In this document: positions 9,284-20,620 of the stretch, one piece after another | Layout: each line of letters starts with the position of its first letter | How positions within the stretch are numbered: the stretch's first letter is position 1 | Program-made: the position numbers and the translations under genes | Source of the DNA: an uncultured delta proteobacterium | GTDB taxonomy: Bacteria; Desulfobacterota; Desulfuromonadia; Desulfuromonadales; JACZKF01 | Reading direction: 5' to 3' | Assembly (NCBI GenBank): GCA_963816395.1 | Contig: CAWFKQ010000005.1 | Location: 64,001 to 128,000 of the forward strand | Length of the DNA: 64,000 bases | The notes under the pieces: model-generated | What the model was told of the DNA's origin: nothing | Seen by the model: only the letters and a program-made list of their open reading frames with translations | Database searches by the model: none

Positions 9284-10801
9284 ATGACCCGACGTGAAAA
9301 ATCGTTTCTCGCCCTCATCCTTATCCTTGCCTTCGCCCTGGCGGGTGTCTCCTGGCAGTCCCTGCGCTCCCCTGCGGGGAGCCTGGAACCGGCGGCAATC
9401 GCCGCCGGTCCGGAGCAGAAAGCCGGGGAAAAGACTCAGTACACCTGCGGCATGCATCCATTCGTCATTCAGGATGAGCCGGGGAACTGCCCGATCTGTG
9501 GCATGAAGTTGACCCCTCTGAAGGCCGATACAGCCGGCGGGGCAGGGGAGAAGACCGCACCTTCCGGGGAGCGGAAGATCAAATACTGGCGCGCGCCGAT
9601 GGACCCCACCTATATTCGCAGTGAGCCGGGCAAATCGCCGATGGGGATGGATCTCATCCCGGTCTACGAGGATGAGGCGGCGGGTGGATCGGTTATCAAG
9701 ATCGATCCGGTCACGGTTCAGAACATGGGAATCAGCACCGCCAAGGTGGAGCAGAAGGATCTGCATCGGGACCTGCGGGCGGTGGGGCAGGTCGCTTACG
9801 ATGAGGCCCGACAATATTCGATCAACAGCAAGATCAGCGGCTGGGTCGAAAAACTGTATGTCAACGAAACCGGCCAGTTCGTGAAGAAAGGCGATCCCCT
9901 GCTCTCCATCTACAGCCCCGACCTGGTCAGCGCCCAGGAGGAATACCTGCTGGCGCTCAGGAACAAAAAGACTCTCGCCAAAAGCGATTTCGCCCAGATT
10001 GCCGAAGGCGCCGACAGCCTGCTGGAAGCCTCCCGCAGCCGGCTGAAATACTGGGATATTTCCTCCCGGCAGATCGCCGAACTGGAAAAGACCGGCAAAG
10101 TCCGCAAGGACATGACTCTGTACGCACCCTACGACGGGATCGTCACCGCCAAGATGGTGAACGAAGGGATGAACGTCAAGTCCGGCATGGAGCTGTTCAA
10201 GTTCTCCGATATTTCCAAGATCTGGGTCTATGCCGACATCTATGAATACGAACTACCCTGGGTGAAACTGGGCCAGGAGGCGGTGGTCGAATTCCCCTAC
10301 GGCGATATGAAAGAGCTGAGCGGGAAGGTGAGCTATATCTACCCTTATGTCGATCCGAAGACCCGGACAGTCAGGGTCCGGCTGGCGTTTCCCAATGCCG
10401 GCTATCAGTTGAAACCCGATTTTTACGTCAACGTTCAACTAAAAACCCAGGCGGTCAAGAACGCCCTGGTCATTCCACGCAACGCCGTCCTCTATTCGGG
10501 CGACAAGCGTACCGTCTTCGTCGCCCTCGGGGGCGGCAAGTTCGAGCCGCGCCAGATCAAAATCGGGGTGGAGGGCGACCAGGGCTTAGTGCAGATCAAG
10601 CAGGGTCTGCTCGCCGGGGAAGAGGTCGTGACCTCGGCCCAGTTCATGCTCGACTCGGAGAGCCAGTTGCGCGAGGCGATCCAGAAGATGACGGAACCGA
10701 ATAATCCATCCGTACAGGCGAAGGCGGACACGACCGAGGCCCCGTCCCCGAAGGGAGGCAAGGGGCAGAAGAAGGAAAATCTGGACGATCTGTTCAAATA
10801 A
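9284..10801 (+). CDS. cusB: Heavy-metal RND periplasmic adaptor subunit (CusB-like)
   Basis: YTCGMHP...CPICGMKL and YWRAPMDP...SPMGMDL metal-binding modules, plus an MFP core. Confidence 0.9.
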   Translation: MTRREKSFLALILILAFALAGVSWQSLRSPAGSLEPAAIAAGPEQKAGEKTQYTCGMHPFVIQDEPGNCPICGMKLTPLKADTAGGAGEKTAPSGERKIKYWRAPMDPTYIRSEPGKSPMGMDLIPVYEDEAAGGSVIKIDPVTVQNMGISTAKVEQKDLHRDLRAVGQVAYDEARQYSINSKISGWVEKLYVNETGQFVKKGDPLLSIYSPDLVSAQEEYLLALRNKKTLAKSDFAQIAEGADSLLEASRSRLKYWDISSRQIAELEKTGKVRKDMTLYAPYDGIVTAKMVNEGMNVKSGMELFKFSDISKIWVYADIYEYELPWVKLGQEAVVEFPYGDMKELSGKVSYIYPYVDPKTRTVRVRLAFPNAGYQLKPDFYVNVQLKTQAVKNALVIPRNAVLYSGDKRTVFVALGGGKFEPRQIKIGVEGDQGLVQIKQGLLAGEEVVTSAQFMLDSESQLREAIQKMTEPNNPSVQAKADTTEAPSPKGGKGQKKENLDDLFK

Positions 10802-10804
10802 ACC

Positions 10805-10864
10805 AGGCTAGAGGCACGAGGCAAGAGGGGAACCCTCCAGCCTATAGCCTCTTGCCTCTTGCCT
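10805..10864. repeat. Heptamer-based inverted repeat element (AGGCWAG-like n ... CTTGCCT-like n)
   Basis: AGGCTAG AGGCACG AGGCAAG AGG, spacer, CCT CCAGCCT ATAGCCT CTTGCCT CTTGCCT. Confidence 0.8.
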
Positions 10865-10880
10865 GAATCCTGGATTTCTC

Positions 10881-13800
10881 ATGCTTGAAAAAATAATCGC
10901 TGCTTCCATCCGCAACAAGTTCATGGTTGTGCTGGTCACCGTTTTCATCATCGCCGGGGGCATCTATGCCCTGATGAAAACGCCCCTCGACGCCATCCCC
11001 GACCTTTCCGACGTCCAGGTGATCATCTTCACCGATTACCCGGGGCAGGCGCCGCAGGTGGTGGAAGACCAGGTCACCTATCCTCTGACCACCCAGATGC
11101 TGGCGGTTCCCCACGCCAAAGTCGTGCGGGGCTACTCCTTCTTCGGCTACAGCTTCGTCTACATCATCTTCGATGAAGGCACCGACATCTACTGGGCCCG
11201 CTCGCGCGTCCTGGAATACCTGAATTACGCCTCGAAGAAGCTGCCGGCCGGCGTCACGCCAACCCTGGGCCCGGACGCCACCGGCGTCGGCTGGGTCTAC
11301 GAATATACGCTGCAGAGCAAGAATCAAAATCTGCAGGAATTGCGCTCTCTCCAGGACTGGTACCTGCGTTATGCGTTGACCTCCGTCGACGGCGTCTCCG
11401 AAGTGGCCAGCATCGGCGGCTATGTCAAGCAATACCAGGTCGCCATCGACCCCAACAAGCTGCTGGCCTACAACATCCCCATCTCCAAAGTCAAGCGGGC
11501 CATCCAGCGCAGCAACAACGATGTCGGCGGCCGCCTGGTGGAGCAAGCGGAGACCGAGTTCATGGTCCGCGGCCTGGGCTACATCAAATCGGTTGGAGAC
11601 CTGGAGAAGGTCGTCGTCGGCACCGACGCCAAGGGTACGCCGATTCTGGTCCGGGACATCGCTCAGGTACGGCTCGGTCCCGAGTTGCGCCGGGGGGTGG
11701 CGGATCTCGACGGAAAGGGGGAGGCGGTCGGCGGCATCATCGTCATGCGCTACGGCGAGAACGCCCTGAAGACCATTCAGAACGTCAAGAAAAAACTGCA
11801 GGAACTGCAGGCGGGTCTGCCCGAGGGGGTGACCATCCAGCCGGTCTACGACCGTTCCGGTCTCATCGAGCGAGCCGTCGAGACCCTGAAAGGGAAGCTG
11901 CTCGAGGAGAGCATCGTGGTCGCCGTCGTGACCGCTCTCTTTCTCTTCCACCTGCCCAGCGCCCTGGTCGCGATCTTCACCCTGCCGGTGGCGATCCTGA
12001 TCGCTTTCATCATCATGGGCTGGCAGGGGATCAACGCCAACATCATGAGCCTGGGCGGTATCGCCATCGCCATCGGCGCCATGATCGATGCCGCCATCAT
12101 CATGATCGAGAATGCCCACAAGCACCTGGAGCATTACGGCGGCAAGAAGCCGCATTGGGATATCATCACGGAGGCCGCCAAGGAGGTCGGCCCAGCCCTG
12201 TTCTATTCCCTGCTGGTGATCACCGTCTCCTTCTTCCCGGTTTTCACCCTCGGCGAGCAGTCGGGAAGGATGTTCAAGCCGCTGGCCTATACCAAAACCT
12301 ATGCCATGGGGGCCGCGGCGCTGCTCTCCATCACCATCGTCCCGGTGCTCATGGGGTGGTTCATCCGCGGCAAAATCCCCAGGGAAGACGCGAATCCTCT
12401 TAACCGCTTCCTTATCCGCATCTATCACCCGGTGGTCGACTTCGTCCTCCGGTGGCGCAAGGTCGTACTGGTCGTCGCCGTATTACTTACGGTCTCCATC
12501 TTCATGCCGCTGAAGAAGATGGGCTCCGAGTTCATGCCACCTCTCTATGAAGGCGACCTGCTTTACATGCCGACGACGCTGCCGGGGATCTCCGTCACCC
12601 AGGCCAAATCAATTCTGCAGCAGACCGACCGCATCATCGCGCAGTTTCCGGAGGTGGAGCATGTCTTCGGCAAGGTCGGCAGGGCCGAAACGGCCACCGA
12701 CCCGGCGCCTCTCTCGATGCTGGAAACGACCATCACCCTCAAGCCTGAAGATCAATGGCCAAAGGTCCCTGTGCACCGCTTCTTTTCGAACTGGCCGGGG
12801 TGGACCGAGGGGCTGAAAACGCCGTTGCGCTGGATTTTTCCGGAAGAGAAGACCATCACTGTCGACGAACTCAGCGATCAGCTCAACAATGCCATCAAGT
12901 TCCCCGGTCTGACCAACGCCTGGACCATGCCGATCAAGACCCGCATCGACATGCTCTCCACCGGCATCAAGACGCCGGTCGGTATCAAGGTGATGGGGGA
13001 TGATCTGGCCACCCTGAGTAAGATCGGCGAACAGATCGAGGCGGTGGTTCGTGACATCCCGGGGACCTTGAGCGTCTATGCTGAACGGGTGGTCGGCGGC
13101 AACTACCTCGATTTCACCATCGACCGTGAAGCAGCGGCCCGTTACGGCCTCACGGTGGGCGACGTCCAGGACGTGATTCAATCCGCCATCGGCGGCATGA
13201 ACGTCACCCAGACCGTCGAGGGACTGGAGCGCTATCCGGTAAACGTCCGTTACATGCGCGACTTCCGGAATGACCTGGATGCCTTGCGGCGGGTTCTCAT
13301 CCCCACCCCGAGCGGTGCCCATATTCCCGTCGGCCAAGTCGCCGATATTCAGATCCACAAGGGACCGCCAAGCATCAAGAGCGAGAACGCCCGCCGCACC
13401 GCCTGGATCTACGTCGATCTCAAAGGCATCGATGTCGGCACCTATGTGGCCAACGCCCAGAAGATCGTCAACGAAAAGATCAAGCTGCCGGCCGGCTACA
13501 ACATCGTCTGGAGTGGTCAATACGAGTACATGCAGGCGGCCAAGGCCCGGTTGATGGTGGTCATTCCGTTCACCCTGCTGATCATCTTCGTCATCATCTA
13601 CCTGAACACAAAATCCCTGATCAAGACGGGCATCATCTTCGTCGCCCTGCCGCTGTCGCTGGTCGGTTGCTTCTGGTACCTCTACCTGCTCGGCTACAAC
13701 ATGTCGGTCGCAGTCTGGGTCGGGGTCATCGCCCTGGCCGGGATATCGGCCGAAACCGGAGTGGTCATGCTCCTCTACCTCGATCTGGCCTACGAGTTGT

Positions 13801-14156
13801 GGAAAAGCCGCGGCCGGATGAAAAACCGGGGCGATCTGGTGCAGTCCATTCACCATGGGGCGGTCAAGCGCATCCGGCCCAAGATGATGACCATTACCGT
13901 CATTATCGCCGGTCTGATTCCCATCATGTGGAGTCACGGCGCCGGCGCCGACGTCATGAAGAGGATCGCCGCGCCGATGATCGGCGGGGTGATCACCTCC
14001 GGTCTCATGGAACTGCTGGTCTTTCCGGTCATCTATTTCCTCTGGCGGCAGATCGGGCTCGAAAGAAGTCTCGCGCCTACCGCCGAAGGGGAAATCGATG
14101 AGGCGGAGCATGCTGCGGATATCCCGCAACTTACCCCAAAAGGAGTAGAAGGATGA
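10881..14156 (+). CDS. cusA: CusA/CzcA family Cu/Ag RND efflux pump
   Basis: PLDAIPDLSDVQVI, GPDATGVGWVYEY, EFMPPLYEGDLLYMP, TDPAPLSMLET and WTMPIKTRIDML contain the CusA methionine sites. Confidence 0.96.
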   Translation: MLEKIIAASIRNKFMVVLVTVFIIAGGIYALMKTPLDAIPDLSDVQVIIFTDYPGQAPQVVEDQVTYPLTTQMLAVPHAKVVRGYSFFGYSFVYIIFDEGTDIYWARSRVLEYLNYASKKLPAGVTPTLGPDATGVGWVYEYTLQSKNQNLQELRSLQDWYLRYALTSVDGVSEVASIGGYVKQYQVAIDPNKLLAYNIPISKVKRAIQRSNNDVGGRLVEQAETEFMVRGLGYIKSVGDLEKVVVGTDAKGTPILVRDIAQVRLGPELRRGVADLDGKGEAVGGIIVMRYGENALKTIQNVKKKLQELQAGLPEGVTIQPVYDRSGLIERAVETLKGKLLEESIVVAVVTALFLFHLPSALVAIFTLPVAILIAFIIMGWQGINANIMSLGGIAIAIGAMIDAAIIMIENAHKHLEHYGGKKPHWDIITEAAKEVGPALFYSLLVITVSFFPVFTLGEQSGRMFKPLAYTKTYAMGAAALLSITIVPVLMGWFIRGKIPREDANPLNRFLIRIYHPVVDFVLRWRKVVLVVAVLLTVSIFMPLKKMGSEFMPPLYEGDLLYMPTTLPGISVTQAKSILQQTDRIIAQFPEVEHVFGKVGRAETATDPAPLSMLETTITLKPEDQWPKVPVHRFFSNWPGWTEGLKTPLRWIFPEEKTITVDELSDQLNNAIKFPGLTNAWTMPIKTRIDMLSTGIKTPVGIKVMGDDLATLSKIGEQIEAVVRDIPGTLSVYAERVVGGNYLDFTIDREAAARYGLTVGDVQDVIQSAIGGMNVTQTVEGLERYPVNVRYMRDFRNDLDALRRVLIPTPSGAHIPVGQVADIQIHKGPPSIKSENARRTAWIYVDLKGIDVGTYVANAQKIVNEKIKLPAGYNIVWSGQYEYMQAAKARLMVVIPFTLLIIFVIIYLNTKSLIKTGIIFVALPLSLVGCFWYLYLLGYNMSVAVWVGVIALAGISAETGVVMLLYLDLAYELWKSRGRMKNRGDLVQSIHHGAVKRIRPKMMTITVIIAGLIPIMWSHGAGADVMKRIAAPMIGGVITSGLMELLVFPVIYFLWRQIGLERSLAPTAEGEIDEAEHAADIPQLTPKGVEG

Positions 14157-14602
14157 AAAGAAGAAGTCTGGCAACACTGGTGGCAGCGTTGTTCCTGCTC
14201 ACGATCCCTCTCGCCGCCCTGGCCATGGACCACAGCCAGATGGAGGGGATGGATGGTGGCATGGTCATGCTGGGCAATCAGACCGTGGACGGCGTCAAGG
14301 CCATGGCCCATCTCAAGGACATTCATGAAGCCATGGCCAAGATGGGAATGGATAAAACCAACCACCTCATGGTCATGTTCATGGATACCAAGACCGGCCA
14401 GCCGATCTCCGAGGGCACCGCGGCGGTGAAGATCAAGGATCCCTCGGGCAAGGTCAGTGGACCGATCATGCTGATGGGGATGCCCGGAGGGTTCGGCGCC
14501 GACATCACCCTGCCGGAAAAAGGAGCGTACACTTTCGAGGTGGGGAGCAAACTGGCAGACGGACAAGTACGGAAATATGACTTCAACTATACTCTGAAGT
14601 AA
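14153..14602 (+). CDS. Met/His-rich periplasmic protein, putative copper chaperone
   Basis: Signal peptide then MDHSQMEGMDGGMVM. Translationally coupled to cusA (ATGA overlap). Confidence 0.75.
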   Translation: MKRRSLATLVAALFLLTIPLAALAMDHSQMEGMDGGMVMLGNQTVDGVKAMAHLKDIHEAMAKMGMDKTNHLMVMFMDTKTGQPISEGTAAVKIKDPSGKVSGPIMLMGMPGGFGADITLPEKGAYTFEVGSKLADGQVRKYDFNYTLK

Positions 14603-14626
14603 GAAAGAATAACTCCTTTACCCGAC

Positions 14627-14659
14627 AGGAAAGGCCCCTGCCCAATAGGGGCCTTTCCT
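14627..14659 (+). terminator. Stem-loop terminator after cus operon
   Basis: AGGAAAGGCCCCT-loop-AGGGGCCTTTCCT. Confidence 0.7.
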
Positions 14660-14806
14660 ATGCGCGACTGCTGAAACCAGGGGCAGGCTCCGCTTGTTTT
14701 ATCCCTGCCCTCATCTCTTCCCACTTCGTTTCTTCCCTTTTTCCCTCTCGTTCTATCCCTCTTTCATTATCGACACATTTCTTTTTCTCCCGAGAATTCT
14801 CAATTG

Positions 14807-14911
14807 GAAGGATTTTCTACAGTTCGCCGGAGAATATCCTACATGAAGGAAACCTTCTCACATGAAAGTCATTGAAAGAGTGATCTTTTTAGCTTGGCAT
14901 ACATAATGAAT
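14807..14911 (+). promoter_or_regulatory. Putative sigma54 promoter (TGGCATACATAATGAAT 14895-14911) with upstream boxes 14807-14820 and 14829-14842
   Basis: Third copy of the shared layout. Confidence 0.6.
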
Positions 14912-15042
14912 GTTGAAATTTCATCCTCCTACAAGGTGGTCCTGGGCATGACCTTAAACGGCCCATTTTTTCTCACGTACTTTTGACAATTACAGAAAAT
15001 GGTTCTGAATAAACAGAAAACCCAAATTTACTGGAGATTTCG

Positions 15043-17336
<2,294 letters not shown>

Positions 17337-17474
17337 CCCTGGCATCCTTTTCCGATTTGTCCCATCACTAATCCGGAGAAGGGAAAATGCTGCCGACATA
17401 CACATTAAGAGGAATAACTAGCACTGCAAAACAAAACCGAGATAACCTGATAGAATTACGCTGGAGCGCTGGCC

Positions 17475-17620
17475 ATGGCCAAAGATCCCATATGCGGCAT
17501 GGACGTCTCTGAAAAGGGGCGAAGTATATACTCCACTTCCAGCATGAAACTCTCGATTTCTGTTCGGAACAATGGCAGCAAGCCGCCCAAGGGCCACTTG
17601 ACCTCTGCGGACTTGGGGTG
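17475..17620 (+). pseudogene. Degenerate YHS-domain fragment
   Basis: MAKDPICGMDVSEKG. After a one-base shift it reads AKYILHFQHETLDFCSEQW. The second Cys of FCSxxC is lost and no downstream domain follows. Confidence 0.55.
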
Positions 17621-17731
17621 AGAGGCTGTCGTTTCAGTAAAGTTTTTTCTTCGCGCCGATTTCAGGCCAGGGAATGTGTGCCGTCTCTTGCCGAGGTGAC
17701 GGCCAGAAAGACATCAAAAAGGAAGCAGAGC

Positions 17732-18467
17732 ATGAGCCGAATGGGATCGGTATTTGCGGTATTCTGGGGGGATTGTTTTTCTGTTTTTTTTCGGAGCAAG
17801 CGCCGGGGCGAGCCCGAAAACCAGCGCCTGCGTCGCCTGCCATGGATCCCTGGGCGGCAATCTTGCCCAGCCTGTCTCGGAATGGAACGATTCAATCCAC
17901 CAGCAGAACGGAATTACCTGTGATCTCTGCCATGGCGGCGATGCGTCGATTGAGGTAGGAAACATAACCCAGCTCTCCGGGAATGAGTTCACGGAGGTAA
18001 AGTCCCGGGCCATGTCGAAATCGCACGGCTTCATCGGCAAGCCGTCCGGTCAGGCGATGTTCGAAATGTGCGCCAGGTGCCACCCCGATTCCGTGGCCCG
18101 GTACGCCGGCAGCATCATGGGCAAGGCTTACCTGGAGGACAAGGGGGGACCTTCCTGCGTCGTCTGCCACCAGGCCCACAACAACATCATCCCCGCCGTT
18201 CCCGAGGTCTGCGCGGGCTGTCACAAGGATACCACCGGGTTCACGCAGATCGACCCCATGAATGTGACGGCCGCCACCGTCAACCAGCTTTCGCAGATAC
18301 GCATCCTGCTGGGGGAGAAAAAGGCCCGGGGGAACAGGCCGTCGCTGGCTCCGCCGTTCCCTGAGGAACTGGATCCGTATCAGATCGGGTTATTGGCTTT
18401 TGGGGCGGTCGGCATCATCTTTCTGTTCGGCTTGGTGGTTTTTCTGGTTCTGGAAAAGGAGAAATGA
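17732..18467 (+). CDS. Pentaheme cytochrome c with C-terminal membrane anchor (frameshift in the G-run near 17766-17771)
   Basis: CVACH, CDLCH, CARCH, CVVCH and CAGCH. N-terminal signal and C-terminal TM. Confidence 0.9.
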
Positions 18468-18468
18468 A

Positions 18469-18733
18469 ATGAGCTTCGAGGTCCTGCGGGAAAGCAAGCC
18501 TCCCTGTTCGGTAATCGGTATGGTGTTGACGATCGTCCTCTCGCTGCTCCTGCTCGGCGTGGGAATCGTTTTTGCCTTCCTTTTGATTACAGGCCGCGGC
18601 AACGACTATCTGCTGGGAACTCTGCTGGCTGTTGAATTTCTGCTGGCCGGCCTGGCCCTCGTCCTCTATGCCAGAATCTTCGTCGTCTTCAGGGAGGTGG
18701 CGGAAGACCGGGAGGAGCCGCTGCTTATGGTAA
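18469..18733 (+). CDS. Two-TM subunit of the Rieske/cyt b complex (in-frame with the Rieske ORF as sequenced)
   Basis: Two hydrophobic helices followed by YAR...EVAEDRE. A GGAGGAG RBS precedes ATG 18727. Confidence 0.65.
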
Positions 18734-19342
18734 CCGAAAGCTTTGAGAACAAGGACGCGAAGGGAGGGGTCACCCGCCGGCGCCTTACCCTCGGCATCCT
18801 TCTGGCCTCTGCCGCCGGCGCTTTCGCCTCTCTCCTGTCGCTGTTGAAGGTGCTGGCTCCGGAAAAAAAAGGTGGCGGCTACGTCGCCACCGTGGCTACG
18901 GGAGACCAACTGGTGTATGCCCAGGGCGGCCGGCTGGGGACGCCCCTGCACGCTGCCGATCTTCAGGTCGGCGATGCCGTGCTGGTCTATCCCCAAAACA
19001 AAACCAAGAACCAGGCGAATCTCGTTCAATTGATCCGCCTGCAGGAGGACGATCTTAAAGCCGCCGACCCGCCTGAATCTGACCGATCAGGGGTTTGTCG
19101 CCTACAGCGCCATCTGCACCCATCTCGGCTGCACCGTCTCCTGGGTAGAAAACCAGAAATCGCCCGCCGCCTCAGTCACCGAATGTTTCTGTCACAACAG
19201 CATCTTCAATCCGGCACAGGGGGCGAAGGTCATGGGCGGTCCCGCACCGATTCCACTCGCCCAGATCGGCGTCAGGGTGTCGCAGGACGGAACGCTGGTC
19301 TTTACCAGCGGCTTCACCGGCCCGATCGGCCCGCAGGTATGA
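18727..19342 (+). CDS. Rieske [2Fe-2S] protein of cytochrome bc-type complex (frameshift near 19060)
   Basis: Twin-arginine TRRRL plus TM. After the shift: YSAICTHLGC (box I), ECFCHNSIF (box II) and GPAP. Stop TGA at 19340-19342. Confidence 0.9.
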
Positions 19343-19354
19343 CGGAGGGAGGCA

Positions 19355-20620
19355 ATGGCTATGCTCTTTCAATGGTTTGACGAGCGCCTGGAACTGAAAA
19401 AGTTCAGGGGCAAATTCCTGGACAAGAATTTCCCGACCCATCCCACCTTTCTGCTCGGGGAAATGGCGCTCTTCTTCTTTATCACTCTTGTGGTGACAGG
19501 AATTTTTTTAGGTTTTCTCTATGAGCCGTCGACGAGAGATGTTTCTCTGTTCGGCGCCATGGTCCCTGCCGCCTATGCCAGCGTGGTCAGAATCGACCTT
19601 CTCCCCATGGGCCTGATCATCAGACGCATCCATCACTGGTCGGCCATGCTGATGATCGCCTCCATCCTGACCCATCTGGCGCGCGTCTACTTCACCTCGG
19701 CCTATCGCAAGCCGCGGGAGATCAACTGGCTGATCGGCCTCGCCCTGCTCGCGCTGACCTTGGGAATGGCTTTTACCGGCTATCTCCTGCCCTACAGCCA
19801 GTTTTCGGTGACGGCGACCTCGATCGCCTATTACGTCTCCAAATCGGTGCCCTGGATCGGCGACTGGATCGCCCGCCTGCTTTTTGCCGGCGAGTTCCCG
19901 GCAGATGAAACCGTTCCGCGGTTCTTCTTTCTGCACGTCATGCTGATTCCGGCCATACTCATGTCCCTCATCGGTCTCCACCTGCTGGTGCTGGTGAAGC
20001 AGAAGCATACCGAACCGCCCGGCAACAGGGGGCGCCAGGCCGCCGAAGGCGGGCGCAAGCTCATCGGCATTCCGCTCTGGCCGGAACAGAGCTGCATCAG
20101 TATCTCCTTCTTCTTTTTCATGCTGTTCGTGGTTTCTCTGATCGCCACTTATGTCCCGTTGAATCCCATCGAAACCTACGGCCCGCCTTCGCCGGGAACG
20201 GCGGTCATGCGGCCCGACTGGTACTTTCTTCCCATCTACGGTTTTCTCAAGCTGGTCCCCGGCGATTTCGCCTTTTCCATCTTCGGGGGGAAGATCACCC
20301 CTGAAACCATCGGCGGGGTCATCTTCCCGGGAGTGCTGGGTCTGGCGTTGGCGCTCATCCCCTTTCTCGACCGGGCGAAGGAGCCGCAAGATTATATTGT
20401 AACCCCCCAGCATCGCCCCCTGATGACTTCCCTGGGAATCGGCGGCGTGGTTTTCCTCGGCATGACGGCGGTGTCCGGCTATATCGATGTCCTGAACATC
20501 GCCCCCGGGACTATGGGGATCTATGTCCTCCTGGCGACATTCGCGGCCTGGGGGATTTCCTACCTGCTCCTGCGTTTTTACAATCGAAACGGAAAGAGAG
20601 GCTCTCATGTCAAGAGTTGA
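19355..20620 (+). CDS. Cytochrome b of bc complex (unsplit, QcrB/FbcB-like)
   Basis: LLGE, RRIHHW...H and FLH-x14-H heme ligands, NWLIG, FTGYLLP, and Qo motif PDWY. Confidence 0.93.
   Translation: MAMLFQWFDERLELKKFRGKFLDKNFPTHPTFLLGEMALFFFITLVVTGIFLGFLYEPSTRDVSLFGAMVPAAYASVVRIDLLPMGLIIRRIHHWSAMLMIASILTHLARVYFTSAYRKPREINWLIGLALLALTLGMAFTGYLLPYSQFSVTATSIAYYVSKSVPWIGDWIARLLFAGEFPADETVPRFFFLHVMLIPAILMSLIGLHLLVLVKQKHTEPPGNRGRQAAEGGRKLIGIPLWPEQSCISISFFFFMLFVVSLIATYVPLNPIETYGPPSPGTAVMRPDWYFLPIYGFLKLVPGDFAFSIFGGKITPETIGGVIFPGVLGLALALIPFLDRAKEPQDYIVTPQHRPLMTSLGIGGVVFLGMTAVSGYIDVLNIAPGTMGIYVLLATFAAWGISYLLLRFYNRNGKRGSHVKS

Noticed and set aside
10842..14177. Long antisense ORFs opposite cusA (also opposite addAB, lepA and carB)
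   Set aside because: These are shadow ORFs expected from high-GC codon bias and carry no recognisable motifs.
17372..17470. Fourth copy of the copper-regulon box or sigma54 promoter before the YHS remnant
   Set aside because: The best match has several mismatches, no paired box and no GG-N10-GA/GC element.
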